DNA of 64,000 nt, from assembly GCF_009914755.1 (NCBI RefSeq), contig NC_060926.1. One strand, written 5' to 3'. How positions within the stretch are numbered: the stretch's first letter is position 1; every line of letters begins with the position of its first letter. The notes beneath the pieces are model-generated. The model was not told the origin of the DNA, did no database searches, and was given only the letters and a program-made list of their open reading frames with translations. Positions 48,399 to 63,373 of this stretch are shown here, one piece after another. The position numbers and the translations under genes were made by a program. Source of the stretch: the human T2T-CHM13v2.0 reference genome, Homo sapiens.

Positions 48399-50134
48399 TA
48401 GATGTCACTGTCTCATTTTTCCACCTGGAAATTAGGAATAATATAGAATGCCAAGCAGTATGTTTCCTTTTGGAAAGGACTTTGAAGACAAAAAAGAAAG
48501 GAGAGAACCCGATGGCTAGAATATTATGAATATTCCAGGATTGAGTTGAAAAGAGAAGACTGAAGATCCAAGTTGCATTCTTAATCTGTCTCAGTTTTTT
48601 TTTTTTTTTTGCACTAACAATCAGTTTATGAATAAAGAGGAAAAAAGGAAAAAGGAAAAAAAAATCGTGATTCATGAGAAGAAGTCAAAATACCAACATT
48701 AATAGGAGTTTGGAAGAAGCTGATTCCAACTCTCATGGATGACTTTGGGGATTCAAGCCTTCAGCAGAGAAAGTAACAACAACTACAGATGTGGTGAAAA
48801 TAGCAAGACAACTAGAATTAGAAGTGGAGCCTGAAGATGTGACTGAATTGTCGCAATCTCATGATCAAACTTGAACGGATGGAAGTGGCTTCTTACGGAT
48901 GGGCAAAAAAAGTGGTTTCTTGAGATGAATCTCCTCCCGGTGAAGATGCTGTGAACATTGTTGAAATGACAACAAAGGATTTAGAATTACATCAACTTAG
49001 CTGATAAAGCAGCAGCAGAGTTTGGGAGGGATGACTCCAATTTTAAAGAAGCTACTGTGGGTAAAATGCTATCAAACAGGATCAAATACTCCAGACAACT
49101 CTTCCTCTTCTTCATGAAAGGAAGAGTTAATGGATGTGGAAAACTTCATTGTTGTCTTATTTTAAGAAACTGTCACAGTCACCCCAACTTTCAGCAACCA
49201 CCCCCCTGGTCAGTCAGCAGTTATCAACATCAAGGCAAGACCCTCCACCAGCAAAAAGATTATGACTCACTGAAGGCTCAGATGATTGTTAGCCTATTTA
49301 GCAATAAAATATGTTTAAATTCAGGTATGTACATTTTTTAGACTTAACACTTAGTAGGCTTAAAACACTTAGTAGACTATAGTATAGTGTAAACATAACT
49401 TTTATATGCACTGGGAAACCAAAAAAGTTGTGTGACTCCCTTTACTGTGATATTTGCTTTATTGCAGTGGTCTGGAACAGAACCTGCAATAGCTAAAGTG
49501 TGCCCAAGTATACCACTGGGTGTTTTTAATATTTCTTCATATGACACACAGTTCTGGACTCTCTGACATACTAAAAACTACTTGTGTGACTCATACAACT
49601 GCAGCCTTAGCATAGATAGCATAGGCTGTGTAACTGGGCTCAGTAGAGAGTTGTCTGATAAGATAAGTCTGTAGCCAGAAGCGATGCTTGTTTATAGGTG
49701 ATTCAGCACAGAGGCAGTTTATTGGGACTCCAATTGACAGCATCTTAGAGGCAAAGACAAAGGATCAAAGAGCCAAAGATAGAACAGAGCCATCGGCCAA
49801 AGCCCCAAGGGGCACTTATGACCAGAATAAACTGGGTGGACCCATCTTGAGCCCTGGGTGACCAAAATAGGAACCCAAAGGTTACAAGCTACAGCCAATC
49901 ACTATTCTCAAGAGTATGACTAGATTTCAATTAACCTTTGCAAAGACAAAACCCAAAGACCATAGGTAGTGAGTTAAAAAAAAAAAAAATTGGCTTATCT
50001 GCCTAAACGGACTGAATGGTTCACTTTCTCTTGGCTTCATTTTAGCTCCAAGGGGTAGAGTCTATTCACTTTGCATGTCTCACTTTGTTGCTTCAGAAGG
50101 ATGGACACTAGCATTAGTAAATGAAAGTTTGATA

Positions 50135-50930
50135 AGGAAGAGGATTTATATACAAAGTATCACCCTACAAAATACTTACTAATTACAAAGTGAAAAATAG
50201 TAACTTAACAGTGGAGAAGCCTGGCAGATACCAGTTAACTAGATGATTTAGGTTGGTTATCAGTGATGGGACAAGTAGGCATCAGGACCTCTTGTTATGA
50301 TGCACCTAGAAAGACACACCATTGCAGTATCCCAGTCAAAAACACATACCTTAAATCTAAGCACAGGGAACATCAAAATCACTCAAATTAAGGAACATCC
50401 TATAAAGTAGAACTGGCCTGTAAACTAAAAATGTCAAGGTCATGAAAGACAATGTAAGATTAAGGAGCTGTTCCAGATTAAAAGAGATTTAAAAGACATG
50501 ACAACTAAACACAATGTTTGATCCCAGATTAAATCCTGAACCGAAGGAAAATGTTTTTCTTTTGCTACAACGGGCACGACTGGGACAATTAGTAAAATCT
50601 GAATAAACAGATTAGATAACAGTTTATATCAAAGTTAATATCCTGATTGTGACATCTATACTTTGTTTTTTATTAGTTTAGTTTGTTTTTTTAAGGAAAT
50701 ATACACTAAAATGTTTATATTATATACTGTATATAATTATAAAGGGATATTATATATTATGTGGCTGACTTTCAAATAACTCAGAAAAATATGATAAAAC
50801 AAATGTAGCAAAATATTAACCATCGGTGAATCTGGGTGAAGAGTATATGTGAATCTTGTGTATCATTTTTCTACTGTTTATGTAACTGAAATTATTTCAA
50901 AATGAAATTTTTAATTAAGAAAAGAAAAGG
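50135..50930 (+). mobile_element. L1MC/MD-type 3' end
   Basis: 'tacttactaattacaaag...cagtggagaagcctggcaga', 'gttccagattaaaagaga', 'tgaatctgggtgaagagtatatg'. Confidence 0.8.
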
Positions 50931-52044
50931 ACAAGATGAGTGAAAAGTCCAGCCCCCTGAGGCGCTCCTGACCACAGAGACTCAGGGTTCCAAGGCTGGC
51001 CTTCCTCCTTTGATACTGCAGTGACAAACAGGATGAGCAAAGACTTCAGAGCTGTGCAGATCTGGGTTCCAATCATTGTGCCTCACACAAACTAAGCTCA
51101 CTAAAAAAAGATGGTATTTATTATTTCAAATTTTTAAAAAGCAACAGAAAAATATGAAACGCTTCCTCATTTATTTTATGGAGCAAGTTAAGTACAGCCC
51201 TAATACCAAAACTCTGGCATTCAGTACAGGTGAAAAGAAAACTATGTATTATCCCATTTACAAATTACTAGTAAATTGAATCAGGCAGTACATTAAAAGA
51301 ATAAGACACCATGGCAAAATCAAGTTGGTTCAAAAAAGTAAGGATGAATGGATGGAGGGATGGACAAATATCAAGAAATTCATTAAAATAATTTATCAGT
51401 TATGGAAGTCAAAAAAGATAAAGACTTAGAAATTCAATAAAGAGGCATTTTCAACATTTGAACATCTTTTCCTGATTTTTAAATGTTTATTTTTCCAGTG
51501 GGACTGTTTATAACTTTTCTGATTATAAAAGTAATCATGATTATTGTAAAAATTTCCAAGTAAGGCAAAAGTGGGTAGAATAGAGTTTCCTCACAGTCCA
51601 TGACACTGTGGAGTCTTTCAAGCTTGTGAAAGCATCTTTACAAGTAGGTAGATCACGAGCCAGCACGCAAGAAACAGAGGAGAGAGAGAGAGAGAACCCT
51701 ATTCTGAGAATAAAAGGCAATTCCTCTGTTAGCTTGTGGGCTCTCACAAAGCATACCACTGATAAAATGGAGTCACACTATCGCCTCCCTTTCCATGATC
51801 TTCCCCCTCCTGCCTAACCAGCCATCACTGCAGAAGGTCGCAAATCCACATGTGAGTCACTTCAGAGCAGCTCTCCTCACATGTAGGTTCTCACCACTCA
51901 GATACTATCCATCCTCAGCTATGAAGGGCTCTGTGTAGAAAGATAAGAGGGTAAAAAATAAAAAATTTTAAGAGAGAACATTTAGGTATACAATTTAAAA
52001 GATGGGGAAATTAGAGAATTAAGGAGATACTGTGCAGAATTAAA

Positions 52045-52071
52045 ATCATCATCATCATCATCATCATCATC
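52045..52071. repeat. (ATC)9 microsatellite
   Basis: Directly visible. Confidence 0.9.
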
Positions 52072-53729
52072 TGCTTTGCAGGCTACACAGCGTAAGGAGC
52101 ATATTATTTAGAGAACATTTGTGTTTAAATTCTCTGGTGTTTCAGGAGTTGGCAGCAGGTTTTCAGAACTCAGACATCATTTGAGTCATGGACAGAATTG
52201 GAAACCTGATGCACTGATGCTGTTTTCTATCTGTGGCTGAAAAATGAGGTATTTTCCGATAATAAGAGATATAGAATCCAAGAGGAAGCATACCCACTTC
52301 CAGTTCCAAATAACTTTCCTTGCAAAAGGCAAAGATCCTTCTGAAACTCGGTTAGTTAGAGAGTCTGATCTCATCCCTTCAGAACAACCAGAGCTCAAGG
52401 CTGCAGTAACCTGACTCTCCAGTGTTATTTTGACCAACTTCATAGAAACAAAAGCTGCCTTTGATGCACCTCAATGCCTAGCCACCTCACCAGAGAATCA
52501 AATATTAAAAATTAATCAGGCTGGCCAGACACCATTCAATGTCAGGCAGCTTTACACAGGAGGTGGAGCTCTGGGGTGACGTAGAGTGAATGCTTATCTT
52601 TCGTGTTGTCATGAACTTCTATGATTTAGCTCACTGCCTATTTCTTCTCCTGGTCATGTCTAATTCTGGGTGGGCAGCTCTGCAGAGGCTGAGCAGCCAA
52701 GCTTCCATGTGGCCTCATTGCTTTCATGCTTCTTCTCCTCTCCAACTGTTTCTCTCCTCCTCTAGGGCACGACACCTCCAAATGCTCATTGCTAACTCAC
52801 CCTCTTATCTTCTTGCCCCACCATAGTATCAGTGGACAAAATCCACAAGCTCGCAAGGTTTAAAGTCATCACCTCTATTCTGAAGCAGACACTGAAGGAA
52901 CATGCGAGCTGACACAGGGGTGGGATTTCACAGGATGGAGAAGGAACAGAGGGACACTCCAGGCTGAGGCAGAGACTTTAAAAACATGCTGAGGATGACT
53001 GGGGAAGTGGCAAGCGGTCCAGTGGGGCTGCACCTTAGGGTCCAATACGTCTCTAGCTCTGGCACTGCTTCTCCCGGGTGCCACACCCCAACTGCACCCC
53101 AGCCTCTCTGCATGGAGTCCCTCAGATACCTCACACTAAACATACCCTAGCCAAAACCTTTCTCCTTCTAGACTCTAAATTTTGGCTAATGGAGCCACCA
53201 TGCTTTCAGTCAAGCTGAAAACTTAAGTCACCTCAGACTCTTCCCTCTCTGTCTCAACACACAGTACTTCAACAATTTGCATCAATGCTTCTCCAAAATG
53301 CTCTTGAATCCATTCCCTACTCTCAATTCCTCCTAGCACTAATTTCAGCCTTATGTCTCACCCGGGCTTTTACAGAGCCCCAGCATGTGCCACACAAACT
53401 CCCACTCTTCCCTGGAGTCAGCCCAGTCCTTGTGTCACTATGAAGCCCTCCCTACCCCAGCAGTTTGTCCCCTTTTTCCTTGCTCTCACCTTGCTGTGTA
53501 CCTACCTTTACTACTAAAAGCCAGCACACAGAATGATCACTACTTAAAACTTGTTTCCTCCATTCAACAACAAATTTCTCAAGGGTAGACACTGTGTTTT
53601 GTAACTTCTGAAAAAGATGCTTCCCAAGCATCTTACATGGTATCCGAACATAGCATTTCACAATGAAATCATGGTAAACTAGTGGAAACCCTAACCATTC
53701 TCCTTGCTCTGCCTTTTCCTTCTTATGCA

Positions 53730-54170
53730 TTTTTTCTAACTTTTTATTTTGAATTAAGTATAGATTCACAGGAAGTTGCGAAAATAGTGCAGAGGAGATC
53801 CACGTACCCTTCATCCAGTTTCCCCCAATGGTGACATCTGACATAACTATGGTACAACGTCAAAACCAGGAAACTGACATTGGCACAATCCACAGACCTT
53901 ATTCACTCCAGGCTGAGGCAGAGACTTAAAAAACATGCTGAGGATGTTTTACACCAGTTTTACATGCACTCATATGTATGTGTAGTTGTATGTAAATTTA
54001 TAATGTGTAGATGTGTGTAACCACAACCACAGTCAGGATACAGAACTGTTCCATCACCAAAAAGATCCCTTATGCTGCCTCTTTATAGTCATCCTCCGCT
54101 CCTACCTTCCCCCTGCCCCCACACTGCCCCTAATTCCTGGTAACCACTAATGTGTTTTCCATCTCTTCTA
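53730..54170 (-). mobile_element. L1MC-type 3' end carrying a 43-bp local insert
   Basis: 'tatagattcacaggaagttgc...aaaaccaggaaactgacattgg...gatacagaactgttccatcacc'. Confidence 0.8.
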
Positions 54171-54914
54171 TGGACACTTTTAACAGTGTCCCACTGCCTA
54201 CAGAAGGTTCACAGACCTCATCTGTGGCATTCAAGGCCTTCAGGATGTGATCCAGAGCTACTGTTCAGCCCATTCCTCCCCTCCACCCCCATGAACTCAC
54301 TATTCCAGCTACACAGGACAATTCACTGTCCTAGGAACATGCTTTGCACTTTCCTGCCTTTGTATCTTTGCTCATGTTGTTCCTATGTCTAACCTTCTCT
54401 CCCTGCTTGTTCACTCAGAAGAACCATCTTTAAGGTTCAGCATAAATATCATATTTACAAAAAGCTGCTTCCTGATTTCTACCATCCCCAAGCAACTGTT
54501 TTTTCTCATCTCTGTAATCCCTCTCTTATAGCACTCAAGTCACAGGATTATTGTGTGTCCATGTCTTCCCCACTTGACCACGATCCAATTGAACACAAGG
54601 ATGTGTATTATTCACTTTTGTCTTCACAAGACCTCAGCAGTTTGATCCCACAGACTTTCACAAATCCTTCTCTTGTACTACCTGGCACTTGCTGCACTTA
54701 GTGCTGGAGATACAAAGATAAATATCCCCTGATGAGACTTCCAGGCTAGTACCTCAATGTCTGATTCACTGAGGATACACACAGCAACTTCTTGAATGAA
54801 TGAATGAATGAATGATAAAAATCTGTAGGTCACTTGAAAACATTTTAAGACTCAGTGATCTAGAACAGACATACATCGTCCTGCTGCCGCTGAATGACAC
54901 TAGAAGCCACCAAT

Positions 54915-55735
<821 letters not shown>

Positions 55736-57364
55736 TGCGTTAACACTTTATCTCTTCTACTTTTCTTTCCCATGAGTATTTGGTTACTCTCTCTGACTCC
55801 CACAAGCCCCCAAAATGGTACTCAGGAATAAAATAATTTATCAAACACGGGTAACGACTACTGCTAGCTACCAGGATACAAAATCTATTAAACATGGCCA
55901 TCGAGAGGTGGGACAGTATCATGAAAACCTTCTAGATTATACTTATAATAAGCCAACCTATTTCTAACTCAGTAATTTTTTAAATTGATTTTTCCCTGAA
56001 TCATAAGAGTAATGATACAAGAGAAACTCTCTCTTCTCCAACCCAATCAATCAGGCCAGTGGTTGGATCATCCAGGGTGTGGGCAGACTAGAGATTAGCC
56101 ATGACCACTCAGCTTGCTGTGAACAGACATATGTGCTACAGCAGGGAAGGGGAAGAGCCTGATAATCTCATCAGGTGGAGTTGGTCAAAAGAATTGTCTT
56201 ATAGGACATCTGAGTACAATGGCAACAGGGGAACACATGTCTCCTGCCCCCAGGTCCTTTTAAAATAAACTAAAGGCACACAAAAATAGACAAAAACATG
56301 CATTTGAGTTGGAAACCAGGAAGGATGCCATCCAACCTGCCTAGAACTTTGAGGAATATCTGCTAGATTTAGTCAAGATGGAGCAGGACCAAAGAAGGCC
56401 CAGCTAGCTTTCTAAGAAGCAATGTGTCCTGGCAATAAATGCAGGCAGCAATAAATGCAGGCAGCACCTGCAGGACACAAAAGAAGGCTAGGGCAGCAGG
56501 CACAGAACTCCTACAACACAAGCCAAGGCGCAACCAACAGCTTTCCTCAGAGCCTTGAGCAGACATTCACCCACCCAGCTCCCTGCCCAGGCCAACAGCT
56601 TGGCAGAGGGAGTGGCACTGAAGGGCTGGGTCTGGCACGGGCAGCCAGTGTAAATTCAGTCAACCTAAAATTTCCCCTTGCTCCTTCATTTGAATATGAA
56701 GAAGACAGAGACTCACAATTATCTCTCTAAGAATTCATCTCCCATGAGATTATGGTGATGGCTGTAAAACTATGTTCAGAATAAGATTTAAGGAGTCAGT
56801 GTAACTATGATACTTAAGTAAGTGGTTTTTAAAAAGGGATTTCTGAAATAGGAAAGACTGAATGGAAATTAAAACTTTGAATACTGGTTTAAATAGTAAC
56901 GGAGGAAAGGAACAGCAAATTGAAGACTATACAATCAAATTGGAAAAGCGAAACAAATTCCCCAAGAACTCAGAAATGTCAGAAGACAAAAATGAGGTAG
57001 AGATTAATTTTAACACAGGACAGAGAAAGAACATGGCATATTAAAAGCTTAAGCTTAACAAAAAAACTTCTTAGAAATAATAAATTCAGCAAAGTTGAAG
57101 GATACAAAATCAGTTACATTTCTATACACTAACAGCGAATAATATGAAAGGGAAATAAATCCATTTCATTTACAATGCATCAAAAACAATAAAATAATCA
57201 AGAATAAACTCAACTAAGGAGATGAAAGACTTGTACACCGAAAATGATAAAACAATGCTGAAAGAAATTGGAGAAGACACACATAAAAGGAGACATCTTG
57301 TGTATGTGGATTGGAAGACTTGTTGTTAGGATGTCAATACTATCCAAAGCAATCTACAGGTTCA

Positions 57365-58005
<641 letters not shown>

Positions 58006-58071
58006 CTAAACCCACACGAAATCTCAAGGGACTCTGAATAACCAAAACAAATTAGAAAAATAACAAAATTG

Positions 58072-58378
58072 GGCCAGGTGCGGTGGCTCACGCCTGTAAT
58101 CCCAGCACTTTAGGAGGCCGAGGTGGGTGGATCACGAGGTCAGGAGATCGAGACCATCCTGACTAACATGGTGAAACCCCATCTCTACTAAAAAATACAA
58201 AAAATTAGCCGAGCATGGTGGCGGGCACCTGTAGTCCCAGCTACTCGGGAGGCTGAGGCAAGAGAATGGCGTGAACCCGGGAGGCGGAGCTTTGCAGTGA
58301 GCCGAGATCACACCACTGCACTCCAGCCTGGGCGACAGAGTGAGACTCCGTCTCAAAAAAAAAAAAAAAAAAAAAAAA
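58072..58378 (+). mobile_element. AluY
   Basis: 'gagatcgagaccatcc', 'gaatggcgtgaacccgggaggcggagc'; long A-tail. Confidence 0.95.
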
Positions 58379-59333
58379 TTGGAGGTCACATACCTTCTGA
58401 TTTAAAAACTTACTACAAAACTACAGTCATCAAAACAGTGTGGTACTGGCATAAAGACAGATATAGAGACTAATAGAATAAAATAGAGATCCCAGAAATA
58501 AACCCTCACATATATGGTCAAATGATTTTTCAGCAAGCGTGCCAAGACCATTCAAGGGGGAAAGGATAACCTCTTCAACAAATGGAACTGGGAAAACTGG
58601 ATACCCACATGCAAAAAAAGGAGGACCCCTTCTTACCTCATGACTACACAAAAATTAACTCAAATTGGATCAAACATCTAAAAAGCTAAAACTACAAATT
58701 CCTCAGAAGAAAACATATGGGAAAATCTTCATGACATTGAATTTAGCGATGACTTCTTGGATATGATACCAAAGGCACAGGCAACAAATGCAAAAATATG
58801 CAAATGGAACCATAGCAAAAATTAAACACTTTTGAGTATCAAAGGACAACTAGCAAAAGAGTAGAAAGGCAATCCATGGAATGGAAGGAAATACTGTATT
58901 TATAAATCATACATCTGATAAGAAGTTAACATCCAGAAAATATTAAAAATTCCTAAAATTCAATAACAGCCCTATTAGAAAAATGAACAATGGACTATTA
59001 ATAGACATTTCTCCAAAGAAGATATACAAATGAGATATACAAACAGCTAATAATAAGCACAGGAGAAGATGCTCAACATTATTAGTCATTAGGGAAATGT
59101 AAATCAAACAACAACGTGATTATCATTTCACACCCACTAGGATAGCTATTACTAAGAAAAAACAGCAGAAAATAACAAGTTTTGGTGAGGATGTGGAATA
59201 ATTGGAACTCTTATGGATTGCTGATGGGAATGTAATATGGTGCAGCTGCTGTGGAAAATGGTATGCCAATTCCTAAAAAAGCTGAGCACTGAACTACCTT
59301 ATGATCCAGCAATTCCATTTCTGGGTATATACC

Positions 59334-59952
59334 TGTTATGGCTAATATTAGGTGTCAATTTGACTGGATTGAGGGATGCCTAGATGGCTGGTGAGGCAGT
59401 TTCTGGGTGTGTCTATGAGGGTGTTGCCAGAGGAGACTGACATTTGAGTTGGTGGACTACGAGGGGGAGACCCACCCTCAATGTGGGTGGGCACCATCCA
59501 ACTGGCTGCCAACGCGGCTAGAACAAAGTAGGCAGAAGGGGGATAAATAGCCTGCAGAGTCTTCTCGCTCTCTCTCTCTTCACATGCAGGACTCTTTGCT
59601 TCCTCTCCTCCTGCCCTTGGGCATCAGACTTCCAGATTCTTCTGCTTTTGGACTTTGGGACTCGGACCAGTGGCTTCCTGGGGGCTTTTGGGCCTTCGGC
59701 CTCAGACTGGGGGCTGCACTGTCAGACAACATTGAGACTTCCTTGGTAAAACTTATACAGCACATGGTTTAGAGTTGGTTTTGAGGCTTTCGGGCTTGGA
59801 CTGAGCCACTAATGGCTTCTCTCTCCCCGAGCTTGCAGATGGCCTATCATGGGACTTTGCCTTGTAATTTTATGAGCCAATTCTCCCTAATAAACTCCCT
59901 TTATATATACATATACCTTATTGGTTCTGTCCCTCTGGAGAACCCAAATACA
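59334..59952 (+). mobile_element. MLT2 (HERV-L) solo LTR
   Basis: TG...CA termini; 'ggctaatattaggtgtcaatttgactggattgagggatgcc'; 'gttctgtccctctggagaaccc'; 5-bp TSD atacc/acacc. Confidence 0.9.
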
Positions 59953-60409
59953 ACACCCAAAAGAACAGAATGCAGGGTCTTGAAGAGAGATACGTATACC
60001 CATGTTCACAGCAACATTTCTCACAACAGCCAGAAGGTAGAAGCAATCCAGCCATCCATCAACAGATGAATGGATAAGGAAACTGTGGTATAGACATGCA
60101 ATGGAATATTATTTAGCCTTAAAAGGGAAGAACATTTTGACATATACTATAACATGGATGAACTCTGAAGACATTATACTAAGTGAAATAAGCCACTCAC
60201 AAAAAGCAAAACACTCTATGATTCCATTTTAGATGAGGTATCTAGAGTAGGCAAATTCATAGGGACAGAAAGTAGAATGGTGGCTGCCAGGGGCTTGGGG
60301 GAGAAAGGGAATAGGGAGTTAGTGTTTAATGGGCATAGACTTTCAGTTGGGACGATGAAAAAGTTCTGGAGATGGATGGTGGTCATGAGTACACAATAAT
60401 GTGAATGTA

Positions 60410-60520
60410 CTGCACGTTGTGCACATGTACCCTAGAACTTAAAGTATAATAAAAAAAGTTATCCAACTGGGGATTTATTAATATATGGATTAAAGTATTT
60501 CATCTGTTAGAGAGAAAAAA
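60410..60520 (+). mobile_element. Very short L1PA 3' end with a putative 3' transduction
   Basis: 'ctgcacgttgtgcacatgtaccctagaacttaaagtataataaaaaaa', then 57 bp, then an A-run; 17-bp TSD. Confidence 0.85.
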
Positions 60521-61545
60521 AATAATGTGAATGTACTTAATGCCATAGAACTGTATACTAAAAAAGGATTAAAATGGTAAATGTTATATTATGTATGTAA
60601 CCACAACTTTTAAAAAAGGGCTTGGGTTTAGAGTCAGCAGTCCTTCTACCTATTAGCAGACAACTTTGTGGCAAGTTGCTTAAACTTTCTCGGAAGTAAA
60701 ATGAGGTAACAGTAGGGCTGTGGAGATAAATAAGATAATTCCAACAGGCACTTGCTACATAAGCACTAAAAGTCAGCTCTTATTATTATGAAGATGCTAT
60801 GAGAACGGCACAGCTGGCTCTAGACGTTTCACCAGAAAACGACAACAGTTGTATTTTGGAGTCATTATCTAGGGAAGAATGTTTTCACATTGTTTGATAT
60901 TTTATGATAAAGGTTCTTTCTAGCATCTTCTCTATGGTCCTTGCCTCCTTCACCATTCAACTCTAAACCATGTGCTGTATAAGTTTTACCAAGGAAGACT
61001 CAGTGTTGTCTAAGGAGGCAAGCCAATCCTTGGAAAATGAAAAACTGGTACATTCATACCAAGATGGAAGACATGAGCCAGTTTACAGAAAGCAAGTCAA
61101 TGACAATCTCCCAGTTAGTCAAAGCCTTCAAAGGCTCTGTGTCTTCCACTCTACTATGATGTCAACTTTATGTTTTGGTCAAAGTTAAAGTATTACCTGG
61201 AGAAGTGCTGACTAGGCTTCTGGACCTTTAGACATATCAGTGTCCTTAGGGGAAAGCAGCATTTTAACAAAGCAGTTTAGCCATGTGAAATGGCCTAAGC
61301 TCTAGATCTGGAGACCAGGAAAATTCAGTGTAAGTGGGTAATTTGAGGTCTCATGAGGCCCATCACCTCCCTCAGTCCAATGGCCCACTTTAAGACAGGC
61401 ATCTTGTCAAGGAAGATGAGATGCAAGCATCTGAAGGCACAGGCTTTGTGCAATCCCAACAGCTCCTAGAATCACACCCCAAATCATGGGGCCAATGATC
61501 AAGACCCCAGGAAGAGGGGAAATCACTTCCAAGCTACAGCACCAT

Positions 61546-62420
61546 GATGCAATAAGAAATATATATTTGGTCGTTGCCCCTGATTCCTGACACAGAGCAC
61601 CTAAAACCCTTGTAGTAATTTCCTGAGTGGTAGGGGTGATAGGAGCATCTTTTGTTAATATTTGGTCTTAGCCCCTGTTTCCTAACACAAAAGCGTCTAA
61701 AACCCTTGAAATCTCCAGAATGCAGAGTGTCTTTTTGTAAGTGAATGAAATGGCTAGTGGCTGGGCTTCCTAGGTAGCTTCCGGATGGGGGCTGGTTGGC
61801 AGGGAACTCAACCATGTGATTAGAAGGTTAGAACCTTAAGTCTTACCCCTAGCCTCTGAGGAGGGCAAGAGCTAGAGATAGAGCTAATCAACAAGGGCCA
61901 GTGATTTAATCAATCATACCTATGTAATAAAGCCTCCATAAAAACCCTAAATAAAGGGGTTTAAAGAGCTTCTAGATAGCTCCGTATGTGGAGGTACCTG
62001 GAGGGTGGCATGCCCAGAGAGGGCATGCAAGCTCCATGCCCCTTCCCCATCCCTTGTCCTAGGTAGCTCTTACCTGGTTGTTCATTTGTATCCTTTACAA
62101 TAAACTGATAAACATAAAGTATTTCCCTGAGTGGTGTGAGCCACTGTTGCAAATGATCAAACAGGAGGAAGGGGTAATGAGAACCCCTAATTTGTAGCTA
62201 ACCTGGTACCAGAAGCTTGCAACTGGCATCTGAAATGGGGGCAGTCTTGAGCCCTTAATCTGTAAAATCTGAAGCTAACTCCAAATAGATAGTGTCAGAA
62301 TTAATTTGAATAGTAGGACACCCAAACGGTGTCTAGGAAGTCAAATAACTGATTGTTAGTGTGGAAAAAACTTAGATTTGGTGTCAGAAATGTGAGTAGA
62401 GGAAATGGTTTTCCTTTTGA
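61546..62420 (+). mobile_element. MER21-family LTR
   Basis: 'aataagaaatatatatttggtc...cctaaaacccttg...gatttaatcaatcat...agagggcatgcaagctcc...tagtgtcagaatt'. Confidence 0.8.
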
Positions 62421-62909
62421 GCACCACTATCAGGTGAGTCAGCTCAGAAGACAAGCAACAAAGAATTCATTAATAAAGGTTAAAATTAGTAAAATGCCTA
62501 CTTCTGTTTCATTTACTGTCCATGACTAGAGAGAAATACCAAAGAAACACAAAATACTGGTGAGAAAACAGGCTGAAAACAAAGGCAAGGAAGGAGAAAG
62601 GGAAGAGGAAAGGCTCATTGAAGGAAGGCAGACATGGAGTCACACAGGGACAGGTGTAACAGCTGGAAGGAGGAGTCTAGTAAACTCTCTCTCATGAAGC
62701 CAGACCTGGTCAGGCCATTCCAGTCCTGCCCCGTGGAGCTGGCATTTCAAGCTGAAAGTTTCCCGAGAGTGGCAGCAACAGTGCAGGGTCCCAGGTGAGG
62801 GATTTAGTCATGGCACTCTCCACGGCATTTTGCTTCCTTCTCTCCCAACCAGGAAAACAAAAACAAAAACAAAAACCTTTGCTCCCAACACCCTGTCTCC
62901 TTCACCACT

Positions 62910-63373
62910 CTGGTAGGTTGAATAATGGTTCCCCCAAAAGAAAGGTCCATGTCCTAAGCCCAGAAACCTGTAAATGTGACCTTATATAGAAAAAGAGTCT
63001 TTGTAGGTGTAATTAATTGAAAGATCTCAAGATGGGGGTCATCCTGGATTATGCTGGCAGACCCTAAATCTAATGATAAGTGTCCTTAGAAGAGACACTC
63101 AGAGGAGAGACACACAGAAGAGGAGAAGGTCATGCAAAAACTGAGACAGGGACTGGAGTGATGGAGCCACAAACCAAGGAATGCCTGGAGCCACGAGAAG
63201 CCAGAATAGGCAAGAAATGATTCTCCCCTGGAGCTTTTGAGGGAGCACGGCCCTGTCAACACATTGATTTCTCACTTCTGGCCTCCAGAACTGTGAGAAG
63301 GTTAATTAATCTCTACTGGTGTAAGCCACCCAGTTTGTGGTCATTTGTTACTGTGGCCCTAAGAAATTAATAT
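62910..63373 (+). mobile_element. MLT1 (MaLR; MLT1C-like) solo LTR
   Basis: 'ggtaggttgaataatgg...tgtgacctta...ttctggcctccagaactgtgaga...aagccacccagtttgtgg'. Confidence 0.88.

Noticed and set aside
56433-56466. 16-bp tandem duplication aataaatgcaggcagc
   Set aside because: Ordinary slippage with no further structure.
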